A stretch of 64,000 nucleotides of DNA from an uncultured Calditrichaceae bacterium (GCA_964456445.1 CAYWBI010000005.1:1366-65365); one strand, 5' to 3'. Shown: positions 41,955 to 50,732, numbered from the stretch's first letter. The notes: a model not told the origin generated them from the letters alone. Numbers and translations are program-made.

Positions 41955-42866
41955 TCACAGCTGTTTCATTCCCACCGCTTTTTTAAAAACCATCCCGGCC
42001 ATACGCGGGTTTTCTTTCAAACGCCGCACCGAATATGCATACCAGTCTTTTCCATACGGTACATAAACCCTCAGCCGATGCCCATTGTTAAGAATAATGC
42101 GCCGCAGTTCGGGATCGACGCCGAGCAGCATCTGAAACTCATACTTTTCCCGGGGGATTTTCAAATCGTGGATCAGTCGCATAGCATGCCACACCAGTTT
42201 TTCATCATGGGTGGCAATGCCCACATAACAACCGGGACAGCGTAACAAACGTTCCAGATTATATTTATAGCTTTCGTTTATGATGGGCATGTCTTTAAAT
42301 GCGATTTCACGTGACTCTACATAAATGCCCTTGCACAAACGGATGTTGGCCTTGTGTTCCATCAAACGTGCAATGTCATCATTTGTGCGCCGCAGATAGG
42401 CCTGGATAACTGTGCCCACATGCCCGGGAAACGCTTGCTTGAACTTAAGGTACATGTCGATGGTTGTGCCTGTAACCGTGTGGTCTTCCATGTCGATGCG
42501 TACAAAATTATTAAGTTCCGATGCGCATTTTAAAATACGTCCGATGGTGTGGTAGCCAAAGTCCGCGTCCAAATTAAGCCCCATGTGGGTCGGTTTTACC
42601 GAAATATTGGCGTCCAGTTTTAAACGGTCAATTTCTTCCAGCATTTTTATATAGGTATCTGCCGCTTGCTCCGATTGTTCACGCCGGGTTACTTCCTCAC
42701 CCAATAAATCCATGGTGGCCATGGCGCCTTGTTGGTTCAAGTCCGCGATAACGTCCAATGCCTCATCCAAGGTCGATCCGGCAATATAATCTTTTGAAAA
42801 ATAGCCAACGACCGCTTTGGGAACAGCGGGTAAGCTCCAGACCACGAGTTTATCAAACAGGCTCAT
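41955..42866 (-). CDS. Proline dehydrogenase (monofunctional PutA-like)
   Basis: 303 aa. N-terminal ...YIAGSTLDEALDVIADLNQQGAMATMDLLGEE, then VRIDMEDH, IRLCKGIY, GIATHD, FQMLLGV motifs of the proline dehydrogenase TIM-barrel family. Confidence 0.85.
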   Translation of the reverse strand: MSLFDKLVVWSLPAVPKAVVGYFSKDYIAGSTLDEALDVIADLNQQGAMATMDLLGEEVTRREQSEQAADTYIKMLEEIDRLKLDANISVKPTHMGLNLDADFGYHTIGRILKCASELNNFVRIDMEDHTVTGTTIDMYLKFKQAFPGHVGTVIQAYLRRTNDDIARLMEHKANIRLCKGIYVESREIAFKDMPIINESYKYNLERLLRCPGCYVGIATHDEKLVWHAMRLIHDLKIPREKYEFQMLLGVDPELRRIILNNGHRLRVYVPYGKDWYAYSVRRLKENPRMAGMVFKKAVGMKQL

Positions 42867-43102
42867 TTTTGCTCCATAATATCAATAGGTTGTTTTGCTT
42901 TATCAATCCCGTCCCTGGTTTTTTCCGCATACATGGATTGATGTAAATGTCTGTGTGCAGCTCCTGTAAACAGGCCATGATGCCAGATGCAGGCACCTGA
43001 TAAATATACATCGGATCAAACCATTGGGGCAACCCATTTTATGCTTTCTTTTCGGGGATTTTCCCATTTGGGTAAAAACCCGCTTCGGGTTAAATTAAGG
43101 CC

Positions 43103-44212
43103 ATGATATATTCTTTTTCCATCTGGGGCGATTTATTTATTGCGCTCTCTTTATTTTATGGTTTTCTGCTGGTCGTGGCGTTGATCAGCCTGCTGCTTTT
43201 GAAGTTCCGGCCCCTCTCGGAGAAACACCCCTTTGTAACGGTTATTGTTGCCGCGCGGAATGAAGCCGGGCGTATCGGGCCCGGCCTGGAATCCATGGCC
43301 GGGCTGGACTACCCGCCGGAGCGTTTTGAAGTGATTTGGGTCGATGACGCCTCCACCGACGGGACGGCTAAAATTATCCGCGCCTCTTTGCCTAACCATG
43401 CAAACTGGCGATTGTTGAGCATTGCTGAAAAGCAGACCGTTCATCCGGGCAAGCAACAGGCCCTGATGGAAGCGCTGGAGCTGGCCCGTGGTGACATCAT
43501 TGCCGTAACCGATGCCGATTGTCGTGTCCCGGCTCACTGGCTGCGACAGATGGTTTCCTGTTTTGACGATCAAACGGTGATGGTCCTGGGTCATGCCTTG
43601 CTGGAGAAAGCGCCCGGATTTATAAACCGCCTGCTGCGTTTTGACAATCTTTTTGCCGGGCTGATAACCGCCTTGCCAACACTGTGGGGTTTTCCGCTGA
43701 CCAGCGTGGGGCGTAATATGGCTTACCGCAGGGACGCTTATTTAAAATCCGGCGGATACGAGGCCCTTGCCGGCAGAAAAAGCGGAGATGATGTGCATTT
43801 GACTGAGCTGTTCAGACGCCGCGTCAAAGGAATAATCCATTTCTGCGCTGCACCGGGCCCCTATGTGATCAGCCGCCCTCCTGAAACACGACAGGAAATA
43901 TTCCATCAACAGATACGCAAAAACAGTAAATTGCTGCAAAAATCCCCGGCGGCATTGTTGTTCAGTTTTTTATTATTGTCCTATCATCTGATGCTTTTTA
44001 TCATACCGTTGTTTTTACCGGGGATGTTGACCCTCTGGGCTGTTTCGTTTTGCTTAAAGCTTGTGTTGGAGTTTAGTGGCTTGCTGATTGCCTCCAAAAA
44101 ATTTGGGGAAGATGAATTGCTCCCCTGGCTTTTGTTCTTTCAGATTCTTTATCCGCCGTATGTTATTTTACTTGCCGTGCTCGGCAGCTTACAACGCTTC
44201 CGCTGGAAATGA
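43103..44212 (+). CDS. Family 2 glycosyltransferase with C-terminal membrane segments
   Basis: 369 aa. VTVIVAARNEA, VDDASTDGT, VTDADC (DxD) motifs. Hydrophobic N-terminal and C-terminal helices. Confidence 0.8.
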   Translation: MIYSFSIWGDLFIALSLFYGFLLVVALISLLLLKFRPLSEKHPFVTVIVAARNEAGRIGPGLESMAGLDYPPERFEVIWVDDASTDGTAKIIRASLPNHANWRLLSIAEKQTVHPGKQQALMEALELARGDIIAVTDADCRVPAHWLRQMVSCFDDQTVMVLGHALLEKAPGFINRLLRFDNLFAGLITALPTLWGFPLTSVGRNMAYRRDAYLKSGGYEALAGRKSGDDVHLTELFRRRVKGIIHFCAAPGPYVISRPPETRQEIFHQQIRKNSKLLQKSPAALLFSFLLLSYHLMLFIIPLFLPGMLTLWAVSFCLKLVLEFSGLLIASKKFGEDELLPWLLFFQILYPPYVILLAVLGSLQRFRWK

Positions 44213-44337
44213 ATTTCCTGTGTTGTTATGCCAAAAGTGTTTTTGTTCCTTTCATGCCTTCCATCTTACAAGCTGACTATCCGGTATAAATCTTCTTATT
44301 TTCTTCTTGCATAAAAAAAGCAAACACCGTATTTTGG

Positions 44338-44353
44338 GTGTACTAAAGTACAC
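44338..44353. promoter_or_regulatory. Perfect palindrome GTGTAC-TAAA-GTACAC upstream of the small-ORF/Y-family polymerase pair (candidate SOS-type operator)
   Basis: 16-nt perfect 6-4-6 inverted repeat ending 10 nt before ATG 44364. A TATAAT hexamer lies at 44360-44365. Confidence 0.4.
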
Positions 44354-44363
44354 GGCTATTATA

Positions 44364-44618
44364 ATGAAATTTGAAGATATTTTTGAACCGATCGAGGTAA
44401 TCAGCCATTTTAAGGATGGCGCCATTCGCCCGTTACGTTTTAAATGGAACGGACGCGCTTACAAAATTAAACAATGGTATGGCTTTTGGGTCAATCATCA
44501 GGGGTATGGCAAACAGTATCATTTTTCCGTGCGTGCCGATAGTTCGGATCAGATTGAGCTGTTGTTTGATGATAGCGATTTGACCTGGCAAATAGCCCGG
44601 GTTGGTATGGATGGTTGA
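44364..44618 (+). CDS. Small hypothetical protein translationally coupled to the Y-family polymerase
   Basis: 84 aa from ATG 44364 (MKFEDIFEPIEVISHFKDGAIRPLRFKWNGRAYKIKQW...). The listed ORF starts at TTG 44307. Its stop TGA 44616-44618 overlaps the polymerase ATG 44611 (ATGGTTGA). Confidence 0.55.
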   Translation: MKFEDIFEPIEVISHFKDGAIRPLRFKWNGRAYKIKQWYGFWVNHQGYGKQYHFSVRADSSDQIELLFDDSDLTWQIARVGMDG

Positions 44619-45831
44619 GCCACGGGTAATCATGCACATCGATGCCGATGCGTTCTTTGCTTCGGTGGAACAGGGTTTTAATCCAGCATTGCGCAACCGG
44701 CCGGTAATCGTGGGCGGTTTGGCGGAGCAACGCGGTGTGGTGCATACGGCCAGTTACGAAGCGCGGGCCCGCGGTATCTACACCGGAATGCCGCTGGTAA
44801 AGGCCCATGCCGTTTGCCCCGATGCGGTTTTTTTTAAAGGCGACCAGGCCCATTATCAGGCCGCAAGTAAAACCATGCGCCGTATTTATCAGCGATATAC
44901 ACCACGGGTGGAATTTACCTCGCTGGATGACGCCTATCTTGATTTAAGCGGTACAGAATCTCTTTACGGTTCTCCGGTGTATGTCGCGCGACGGATCGGT
45001 GATGATGTAGGACGTGAACTGGGGATCAGTGTTTCATCGGGGATTGGCAGCAGCAAAATGATCGCGCGTATCGCCTCCGGTTTAAAGAAACCTGCCGGAA
45101 TCGTACATGTTGTCCCGGAAGAGGAACATGCTTTTTTAAAGGAGCTATCGGTCGAACAACTACCGGGTATCGGGCGGGTTACACGGGAAAAACTGGCTGA
45201 TCTTGGCATATTTAAGGTGGGCGATTTGGCCGGGTTACCACGCCTAATCGTTGATCAGCTTTTTGGCCGCAACGGGAGCGAGTTTTGGGAAATGGCCAAC
45301 GGCAATGACCCGCGTATGGTTCGCGAAAACGAGATGCCCAGTCAAATAAGCCGGGAAACCAGTTTTAAAAAAGATACCGCGGATTCTCATATGATACTAG
45401 CCATGTTACAGTACCTTTGTGAACGTATTGCCCGTAAGCTACAACATGGCGGCTGGAGTTGTGGAACGGTTGGTTTAAAAATCGGTTACGCCGACTTTAC
45501 CCGTCATGTCCGCAGCCGTTCATTGGGACGGGCCGCTGATGATCCGATGGAATTATTTGCAGCGGTTAAAGAACTGCTTCGTCAGATGGCACGCCGCCGG
45601 GTGCGTATCCGCCATCTTGGGGTACGTGCTACGCGTTTGCAACAGCGGGAGGACCAACATGCCTTGTTTTATGAAGTAACGCGGCGGGAAGAGTTAAGTT
45701 TTGCCGTTGAAGAACTACGCAGCCGCTATGGCTTTATGTCTGTTATGCCGGCCGATACCCTAAAACTGAAAAGCACCTATCGTAATGACGTCCATGGCTA
45801 TATTTTGCACAATCCGGCACTAACCCGTTAA
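44611..45831 (+). CDS. Y-family (DinB/UmuC-like) translesion DNA polymerase
   Basis: IMHIDADAFFASVEQGFNPALRNRPVIVGG and TSLDDAYLDLSG palm motifs, HhH region LPGIGRVTREKL. ATG 44611 preferred over TTG 44602. Confidence 0.9.
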   Translation: MVEPRVIMHIDADAFFASVEQGFNPALRNRPVIVGGLAEQRGVVHTASYEARARGIYTGMPLVKAHAVCPDAVFFKGDQAHYQAASKTMRRIYQRYTPRVEFTSLDDAYLDLSGTESLYGSPVYVARRIGDDVGRELGISVSSGIGSSKMIARIASGLKKPAGIVHVVPEEEHAFLKELSVEQLPGIGRVTREKLADLGIFKVGDLAGLPRLIVDQLFGRNGSEFWEMANGNDPRMVRENEMPSQISRETSFKKDTADSHMILAMLQYLCERIARKLQHGGWSCGTVGLKIGYADFTRHVRSRSLGRAADDPMELFAAVKELLRQMARRRVRIRHLGVRATRLQQREDQHALFYEVTRREELSFAVEELRSRYGFMSVMPADTLKLKSTYRNDVHGYILHNPALTR

Positions 45832-45940
45832 CCCTGGATACCATGTTCGGAAGATGGTCTTTATTAAAAAATCTGTAACGTTTTAGAATACAAAGACAGA
45901 AAAATCATTTATGAAAGGAAAGTTGGAGTATAGGATGAAA

Positions 45941-46031
45941 CAGGCCGCGAAGTTAAGTTTCCGTTTATCTTCTTGAACCGAAATGGTCTTTGATATACGA
46001 ACAAGGAACACCGATTTTTGATTTTGGAAGG
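45941..46031 (+). repeat. Direct repeat copy A
   Basis: Aligns without gaps to 46301-46391, an offset of exactly 360 nt. By my hand count 75 of 91 positions match, and the last 29 nt (46003-46031, AAGGAACACCGATTTTTGATTTTGGAAGG) are identical. Confidence 0.8.
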
Positions 46032-46210
46032 ACCTGGTTCCGGCAAATCAGAAATCTTCAATCGTTGATCGATGTTCGGTGTTCGTTTTGGAACTGCTGT
46101 CAATCAATATATTTTTGGGCGCTCAATTGTCCCCACCTTCAGGTGGGGGACAGAACCGCAAAAATACTGTGGGCTTTAGCCCAAAACAAAGCATCAACGG
46201 ATCAATTTAT

Positions 46211-46231
46211 AAAACCCCTTCAGGGTTTTTT
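46211..46231. terminator. Intrinsic terminator-like hairpin in the dinB-like / CoA-transferase convergent spacer
   Basis: AAAACCC-CTTCA-GGGTTTT followed by extra Ts on the plus strand and preceded by an A-run, so it is usable in both directions. Confidence 0.6.
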
Positions 46232-46300
46232 ATTATGGACATCCTTTTACCAGGGCGCTGCCCTTCGCTTTGATATTCTTCCCCGTTGGGGAAGGAAGGG

Positions 46301-46391
46301 CACGCCGTAATGTTAAGTTTCGGTTTATTTTGTTGTCCTGAACAGGTCTTTGATTGACAAAAAAGGAACACCGATTTTTGATTTTGGAAGG
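46301..46391 (+). repeat. Direct repeat copy B
   Basis: See copy A. The identical 29-nt core lies at 46363-46391. Confidence 0.8.
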
Positions 46392-46459
46392 GGGGAGCAT
46401 ACTTTCACATTCCTGACAAAAAATAGCAGAAATTAACTTCTTATAAACGAATACCCGTT

Positions 46460-47653
46460 TTATATAACGCCTTTTTCCCTCAACGTATTTATAGCATCGG
46501 GCTTATAACCCAGTTCCATCAGTATTTTTTCCGTATGAGCTGAAAGACGAGGCGGGGCGCTTTCTATTTTTGCCGGTGTTTTTTCAAATTTTGCCGTGAG
46601 GTTAAACAGACGCAAATCGCCCAGTCCGTCTTCGTTTACCGTATTCAATGTTTTCCGAAATGTCACTTGTGGCGTTTCCAGAGCATCCTGTAAACTAAGG
46701 ATGGCGCCGGAGGGTACCCCGTTCCTGTTCAGTGTTTCTACCCAATAACTGGTCGGTTTTTGAGTCAGTTTATCTTCCAGAAGAGAAGTAAGGGCCTTCC
46801 GGTTCTTTTTTCGTGTATCTCTTTCTTCAAAACGCGGATCGGTCTTTAGGTGGGTCAGTTCAAGAAGATCACATACACTGTGCCATTGTTCTTGCTTATT
46901 CGCAGCAATATTAAGATAGCCATCTTTTGTTCTAAATGTGCCGGATGGCGCGGCGGTAAAATTATCGTTACCCATTAGCGCCGGTGGTTTACCCCCGATC
47001 AGCCAGTTTGCAGCCACCCAGCCCATCAGCGGCATGATGGAATCCAGCAAGGCCACATCAATAAACTGTCCCTTGCCTGTGCGCTGTTGATAAAATAGCC
47101 CGGCCATAATTGCAAATGCGGCGTTTAGCCCACCGACCGTATCACAGACCGGAAAACCGGCCCGTAAAGGATTCAAACGTTCATCACCAGTGATGGACAT
47201 TACACCGCTTAAACCCTGGATGATTTGGTCATAAGCCGGTTTAAGGGAATCCGGGCCATCCTGTCCAAACCCGGATATGGCACAATAAACAATTTTGGGG
47301 TTTATCTTGGTAAGCGTTTTATAATCCAGCCCCAGGCGCTTCATGACACCGGGACGAAAGTTTTCTACCACAACATCCGTAGTTTTAACCAATTCCTTAA
47401 AAATCTCTTTGGCCTTATCATGCTTAAGATTAAGGGTGATTGATTTTTTATTGGCATTTTGAGCAAGAAAACTGGTTCCCATAAGTTCCTGGTTATATTC
47501 TGGGAGATTGCCCAGCTTGCGTGCCAGATCTCCGCCCATGGGGTTTTCTATCTTGATCACATCGGCGCCAAGCAAAGCCAGGTGTACCGTGGCAAAGGGT
47601 CCGGAGAGAACATTGGTCAAATCTAAAACCCGGATATTTTCGAGAAGCTTCAT
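46460..47653 (-). CDS. Family III (CaiB/BaiF) CoA-transferase
   Basis: 397 aa. N-terminal IRVLDLTNVLSGPFATVHLALLGADVIKIE signature and overall length typical of the family. Confidence 0.9.
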   Translation of the reverse strand: MKLLENIRVLDLTNVLSGPFATVHLALLGADVIKIENPMGGDLARKLGNLPEYNQELMGTSFLAQNANKKSITLNLKHDKAKEIFKELVKTTDVVVENFRPGVMKRLGLDYKTLTKINPKIVYCAISGFGQDGPDSLKPAYDQIIQGLSGVMSITGDERLNPLRAGFPVCDTVGGLNAAFAIMAGLFYQQRTGKGQFIDVALLDSIMPLMGWVAANWLIGGKPPALMGNDNFTAAPSGTFRTKDGYLNIAANKQEQWHSVCDLLELTHLKTDPRFEERDTRKKNRKALTSLLEDKLTQKPTSYWVETLNRNGVPSGAILSLQDALETPQVTFRKTLNTVNEDGLGDLRLFNLTAKFEKTPAKIESAPPRLSAHTEKILMELGYKPDAINTLREKGVI

Positions 47654-47704
47654 ACAATTTTGCCTTTAATGTTTGTTTTCTTGGAATAGGTCATGGAAAA
47701 TAAA

Positions 47705-48622
47705 TCAGCCCGCCACCTGTCTATCAATACTGCCTATCTTATAAACCATACCTGGTAATTGTCGTTTAAAATAATCTTCTGCATCCCGGGCAGATTCAAT
47801 TAAGTGATCCAAGTTGATATCTGTACGTTTGCCCATGCGTTGCAACATGTGTACCAGATCTTCTGTGCATACGTTCCCACCGGCCACCGATGTAAACGGA
47901 CAACCGCCTAACCCGCCAAAAGAAGATTCCAGGATTTGGACGCCCGCCTCCATAGCGGCATAACAATTGGCAATGGCCATTGCGTATGTATTATGGAAAT
48001 GTGCCGTGAGTTTCAAATCCGGGCTTAGTGACAGAACGCGCTTAAACAAATCCCTTACCTGATCCGGGTTGGCATGACCTGCTGTATCGGCGAGACTTAT
48101 ATCATGAAAACCATTGTCGAGATATGCCTGAACAATATGTAAAACCCGTTCTTTTTCGATAGGGCCTTCATAGCCGCAGCCAAAAGCGGACTGGACAGAA
48201 AGCTGAGTTTTTTTACCGGCATCCCGCGCCCGGTTCGCAATGGCCAAAATCCGGTGCAAGGCTTCATCAGTACCCATATGTGTGTTTTTCAGACTATGGG
48301 TTTCGCTTGCGGAAACCCCCATACAAAACATATCCACGCCACAGGCCAGCCCCCGCTCATATCCCCGCTCATTCAAAACAAGCCCGGAAAGAATGGTGCC
48401 TTCGGGTTTGTTTTCCGGTTTATTAAAATAGGCAAACAGTGCATCGGTGTCCGCCATCTGCGGTACATACTTTGGATGAACAAAAGACCCGATTTGAATA
48501 GTATCTACCCCTGAACGAATCAGGGTTTTGATCCACTTGGTTTTTATTTCAGTTGGAACGGTTTCATGCTCCATTTGCAGGCCGTCACGTGGGCCAACTT
48601 CGTGAATTTTTATTTCTCGCAT
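47705..48622 (-). CDS. Hydroxymethylglutaryl-CoA lyase family protein
   Basis: The start at ATG 48622 gives MREIKIHEVGPRDGLQMEHETVPTEIKTKWIKTL...GSFVHPKYVPQMADT, the HMGL-like signature. The listed TTG start at 48652 would overlap the upstream gene. Confidence 0.9.
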   Translation of the reverse strand: MREIKIHEVGPRDGLQMEHETVPTEIKTKWIKTLIRSGVDTIQIGSFVHPKYVPQMADTDALFAYFNKPENKPEGTILSGLVLNERGYERGLACGVDMFCMGVSASETHSLKNTHMGTDEALHRILAIANRARDAGKKTQLSVQSAFGCGYEGPIEKERVLHIVQAYLDNGFHDISLADTAGHANPDQVRDLFKRVLSLSPDLKLTAHFHNTYAMAIANCYAAMEAGVQILESSFGGLGGCPFTSVAGGNVCTEDLVHMLQRMGKRTDINLDHLIESARDAEDYFKRQLPGMVYKIGSIDRQVAG

Positions 48623-48627
48623 CTTTT

Positions 48628-49008
48628 TTATCCTATTGGGTTCACGTGCCAATTTTCATCTATCCACAGTCCAATAACCTCTGTTTTGGGATAGTGGTTT
48701 TTAAGAAAAATAACAGAAGCCTGAATTTGATTAAGCTGTTCATCTCTGGGTACCGGATTGCCTGCACAATCATGATGCCCGAAGATACCGATCCCTTTGG
48801 AGTTATGAACATTGACGGATGTGTTTATACGGTTAAGGATCGAGTGTATTAAAATGGGTTCATTTTGCTCAGCAAGCAGGCGAATGGGTCCGGCCTCGGT
48901 TATACAATCCACATACTTAACCTGATAAAAAGCTTGTAAAAAACGGATGCCCGGCAGCTGAATACGGCCGTCCATACAGGTGACGGCCGTGCAAAAGGAG
49001 CGGTACAT
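48628..49008 (-). CDS. Small hypothetical protein with beta-carbonic-anhydrase-like CxDxR / HxxC motifs
   Basis: 126 aa. CMDGR near the N-terminus and GHHDCAG about 70 residues later mimic the Zn-ligand motifs of beta-class carbonic anhydrases, but the protein is much shorter. TAATG overlap with the upstream dehydrogenase. Confidence 0.4.
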   Translation of the reverse strand: MYRSFCTAVTCMDGRIQLPGIRFLQAFYQVKYVDCITEAGPIRLLAEQNEPILIHSILNRINTSVNVHNSKGIGIFGHHDCAGNPVPRDEQLNQIQASVIFLKNHYPKTEVIGLWIDENWHVNPIG

Positions 49009-50126
49009 TATAACTTACCGGCAATGGCTTCCGCAACTTCAAGGGTAGAATTATCTCCCCCCATGTCATAGGTTTTAACTTTTCCGTCCCTGATTGTTTT
49101 AGCAATGGCATTCTCCAGCTTTTCGGCCAGTTCATTTTTGCCCAGCCAGTCTAGCATCAACTTTGATGTAAGTAACATGGCCATGGGGTTTACCTTGTAT
49201 TTTCCTGCATATTTGGGTGCGCTGCCATGAGTGGGTTCAAACACAGCATAATTGTCACCAATATTCCCACTCGATGCAAAACCCAGACCGCCGACAAGCT
49301 GTGCGGCTAAATCCGAAAGGATATCACCGAACATATTTTCAGCGACCATAATACCATAGTTCATAGGGTTTTTGACAAGCCACATGGCCTGAGCGTCTAT
49401 ATTGGTTTCCCACAATTCGATGCCCGGGTAGTTTTTGGCCACCTCCCGAGCAGTACGTACCATCAATCCACCCGTCTCGCGTAGAACATTTGGTTTATCT
49501 ACCACGGTAACGGAATTATAACCATGAGTTTTGGCGTAATCAAAAGCACGTGTAACGATGTTTCGACATTTTTGCCGGCTCATGATACGTGTGGACATGG
49601 CCAGGTTTTCCAAACCATAATCGGCAAATTTGTTCATCTTGGCGTTATGTTTGGCAAGAACATCAAAAACTTCCTGTGGAATAGGATGAAACTCAACCCC
49701 GCCATACATACCCTCGGTGTTCTCCCGGAAGACTACCAGATCTATACCTTCTTTTAAATTAAGCGGGTTGCCCGGATAGGCCTTGCAGGGGCGCAAATTG
49801 GTATGCAGGTTAAACTCCTGACGCAAACGAACGATAGGTGAAAAATATATAAGGCCTTTATTTTTTAGTTTATTATCTAAAACCTCCTGGGCCTCCTCCT
49901 TAGGCATGGAGGTAATTGCACCAAACATGGCACAATCTGTATTTTTCATCATTTCTATGGTACGTTTTGGTAACGGTTCGCCTTCATGTTTCCAAAACTC
50001 CCAGCCGATATCGCCATGGATATATTCGGCGTCAAAATTAAGCGCATCCAAAACCAGGCGTGCCGCTTCCATCACATCGTTTCCAACACCGTCGCCAGGT
50101 AGCCAGGCAATTTTATAAGTGGCCAT
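49008..50126 (-). CDS. Isocitrate/isopropylmalate dehydrogenase family (beta-decarboxylating dehydrogenase)
   Basis: 372 aa. [51 protein letters not shown] motifs. Substrate cannot be assigned from sequence alone. Confidence 0.85.
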   Translation of the reverse strand: MATYKIAWLPGDGVGNDVMEAARLVLDALNFDAEYIHGDIGWEFWKHEGEPLPKRTIEMMKNTDCAMFGAITSMPKEEAQEVLDNKLKNKGLIYFSPIVRLRQEFNLHTNLRPCKAYPGNPLNLKEGIDLVVFRENTEGMYGGVEFHPIPQEVFDVLAKHNAKMNKFADYGLENLAMSTRIMSRQKCRNIVTRAFDYAKTHGYNSVTVVDKPNVLRETGGLMVRTAREVAKNYPGIELWETNIDAQAMWLVKNPMNYGIMVAENMFGDILSDLAAQLVGGLGFASSGNIGDNYAVFEPTHGSAPKYAGKYKVNPMAMLLTSKLMLDWLGKNELAEKLENAIAKTIRDGKVKTYDMGGDNSTLEVAEAIAGKL

Positions 50127-50283
50127 GGTTCATCTCTCCTAAGTAAAATTTAATGAATTCATTTACGTGCAGTATGTTGTAATATAAGAAAAAAAGGAAT
50201 TTAATTATTCAGAAAATGTAAAAGAAGTAAAAAGAAAAAACACCGCTTAAATTTTTTGGCGGATGGTGGATATGCTGTATGAG

Positions 50284-50454
50284 TTACTTGTACTTTTTGT
50301 TGTCTTTTTTGATTTCTTTGCGGATAAAAGTGAATAGATAAATTGCAAACGAGGCAATGACAACAACAAGAATGAAATAAGTCATAAAATCTTTGTAACC
50401 ATTTGCCTGAATAAATTTAAGAACGGCGTCCCAATCGAGTAATGTTATAGTCAT
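50284..50454 (-). CDS. Small single-TM protein downstream of the nor cluster
   Basis: Below the ORF-track cutoff. My translation is MTITLLDWDAVLKFIQANGYKDFMTYFILVVVIASFAIYLFTFIRKEIKKDNKKYK-stop (56 aa) with one hydrophobic helix. It starts 17 nt after the stop of the 80-aa gene. Confidence 0.45.
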   Translation of the reverse strand: MTITLLDWDAVLKFIQANGYKDFMTYFILVVVIASFAIYLFTFIRKEIKKDNKKYK

Positions 50455-50471
50455 TCTATTGTCCTTTGCAA

Positions 50472-50714
50472 TTAAATAAGCGCAATAGTGGTAAAGGTTA
50501 TAAAAAACATTAGTAGTACTGCCAATGAAATCATATATAATGGATGGGCTCTTTTCAAATCCATAAATTGTAAGGAAATCAACACAAACTTTATTCCAAA
50601 TAACAACAGTACCATCAGAACCATAATGTTTTCCGGTATCATCGCACCGGCGATATATGAACCGATAATCGTAAATAAAAGCAGAACAAACCAGACATTT
50701 TTATTTGTAAGCAT
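50472..50714 (-). CDS. Small 3-TM protein, NorF / prokaryotic oxidase subunit IV-like
   Basis: 80 aa, highly hydrophobic. Lies directly downstream of norE, as norF does in norCBQDEF clusters. Confidence 0.5.
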   Translation of the reverse strand: MLTNKNVWFVLLLFTIIGSYIAGAMIPENIMVLMVLLLFGIKFVLISLQFMDLKRAHPLYMISLAVLLMFFITFTTIALI

Positions 50715-50732
50715 CTTACTTTCCTAATGAAT

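Noticed and set aside
43151-43594. 147-aa minus-strand ORF
   Set aside because: Antisense shadow ORF inside the GC-rich GT2 glycosyltransferase gene. The product is low-complexity and Arg/Gly/Pro-rich.
45990-46310. 106-aa plus-strand ORF (TTG start) and a possible 28-aa paralog from repeat copy B, both containing GTPIFDFGR
   Set aside because: The shared peptide comes from the 29-nt identical core. The ORF reads straight through five hairpins including a terminator-like one. The divergence upstream of the core is not biased toward synonymous changes, so conservation looks nucleotide-level rather than protein-level.
45952-46391. Integron attC / gene-cassette interpretation, since the repeats begin with GTTAAGT and fit GTTRRRY
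   Set aside because: No matching inverse core (RYYYAAC) lies at a suitable distance upstream of either copy. There is no intI integrase in the window, and the repeats are direct rather than imperfect palindromes.
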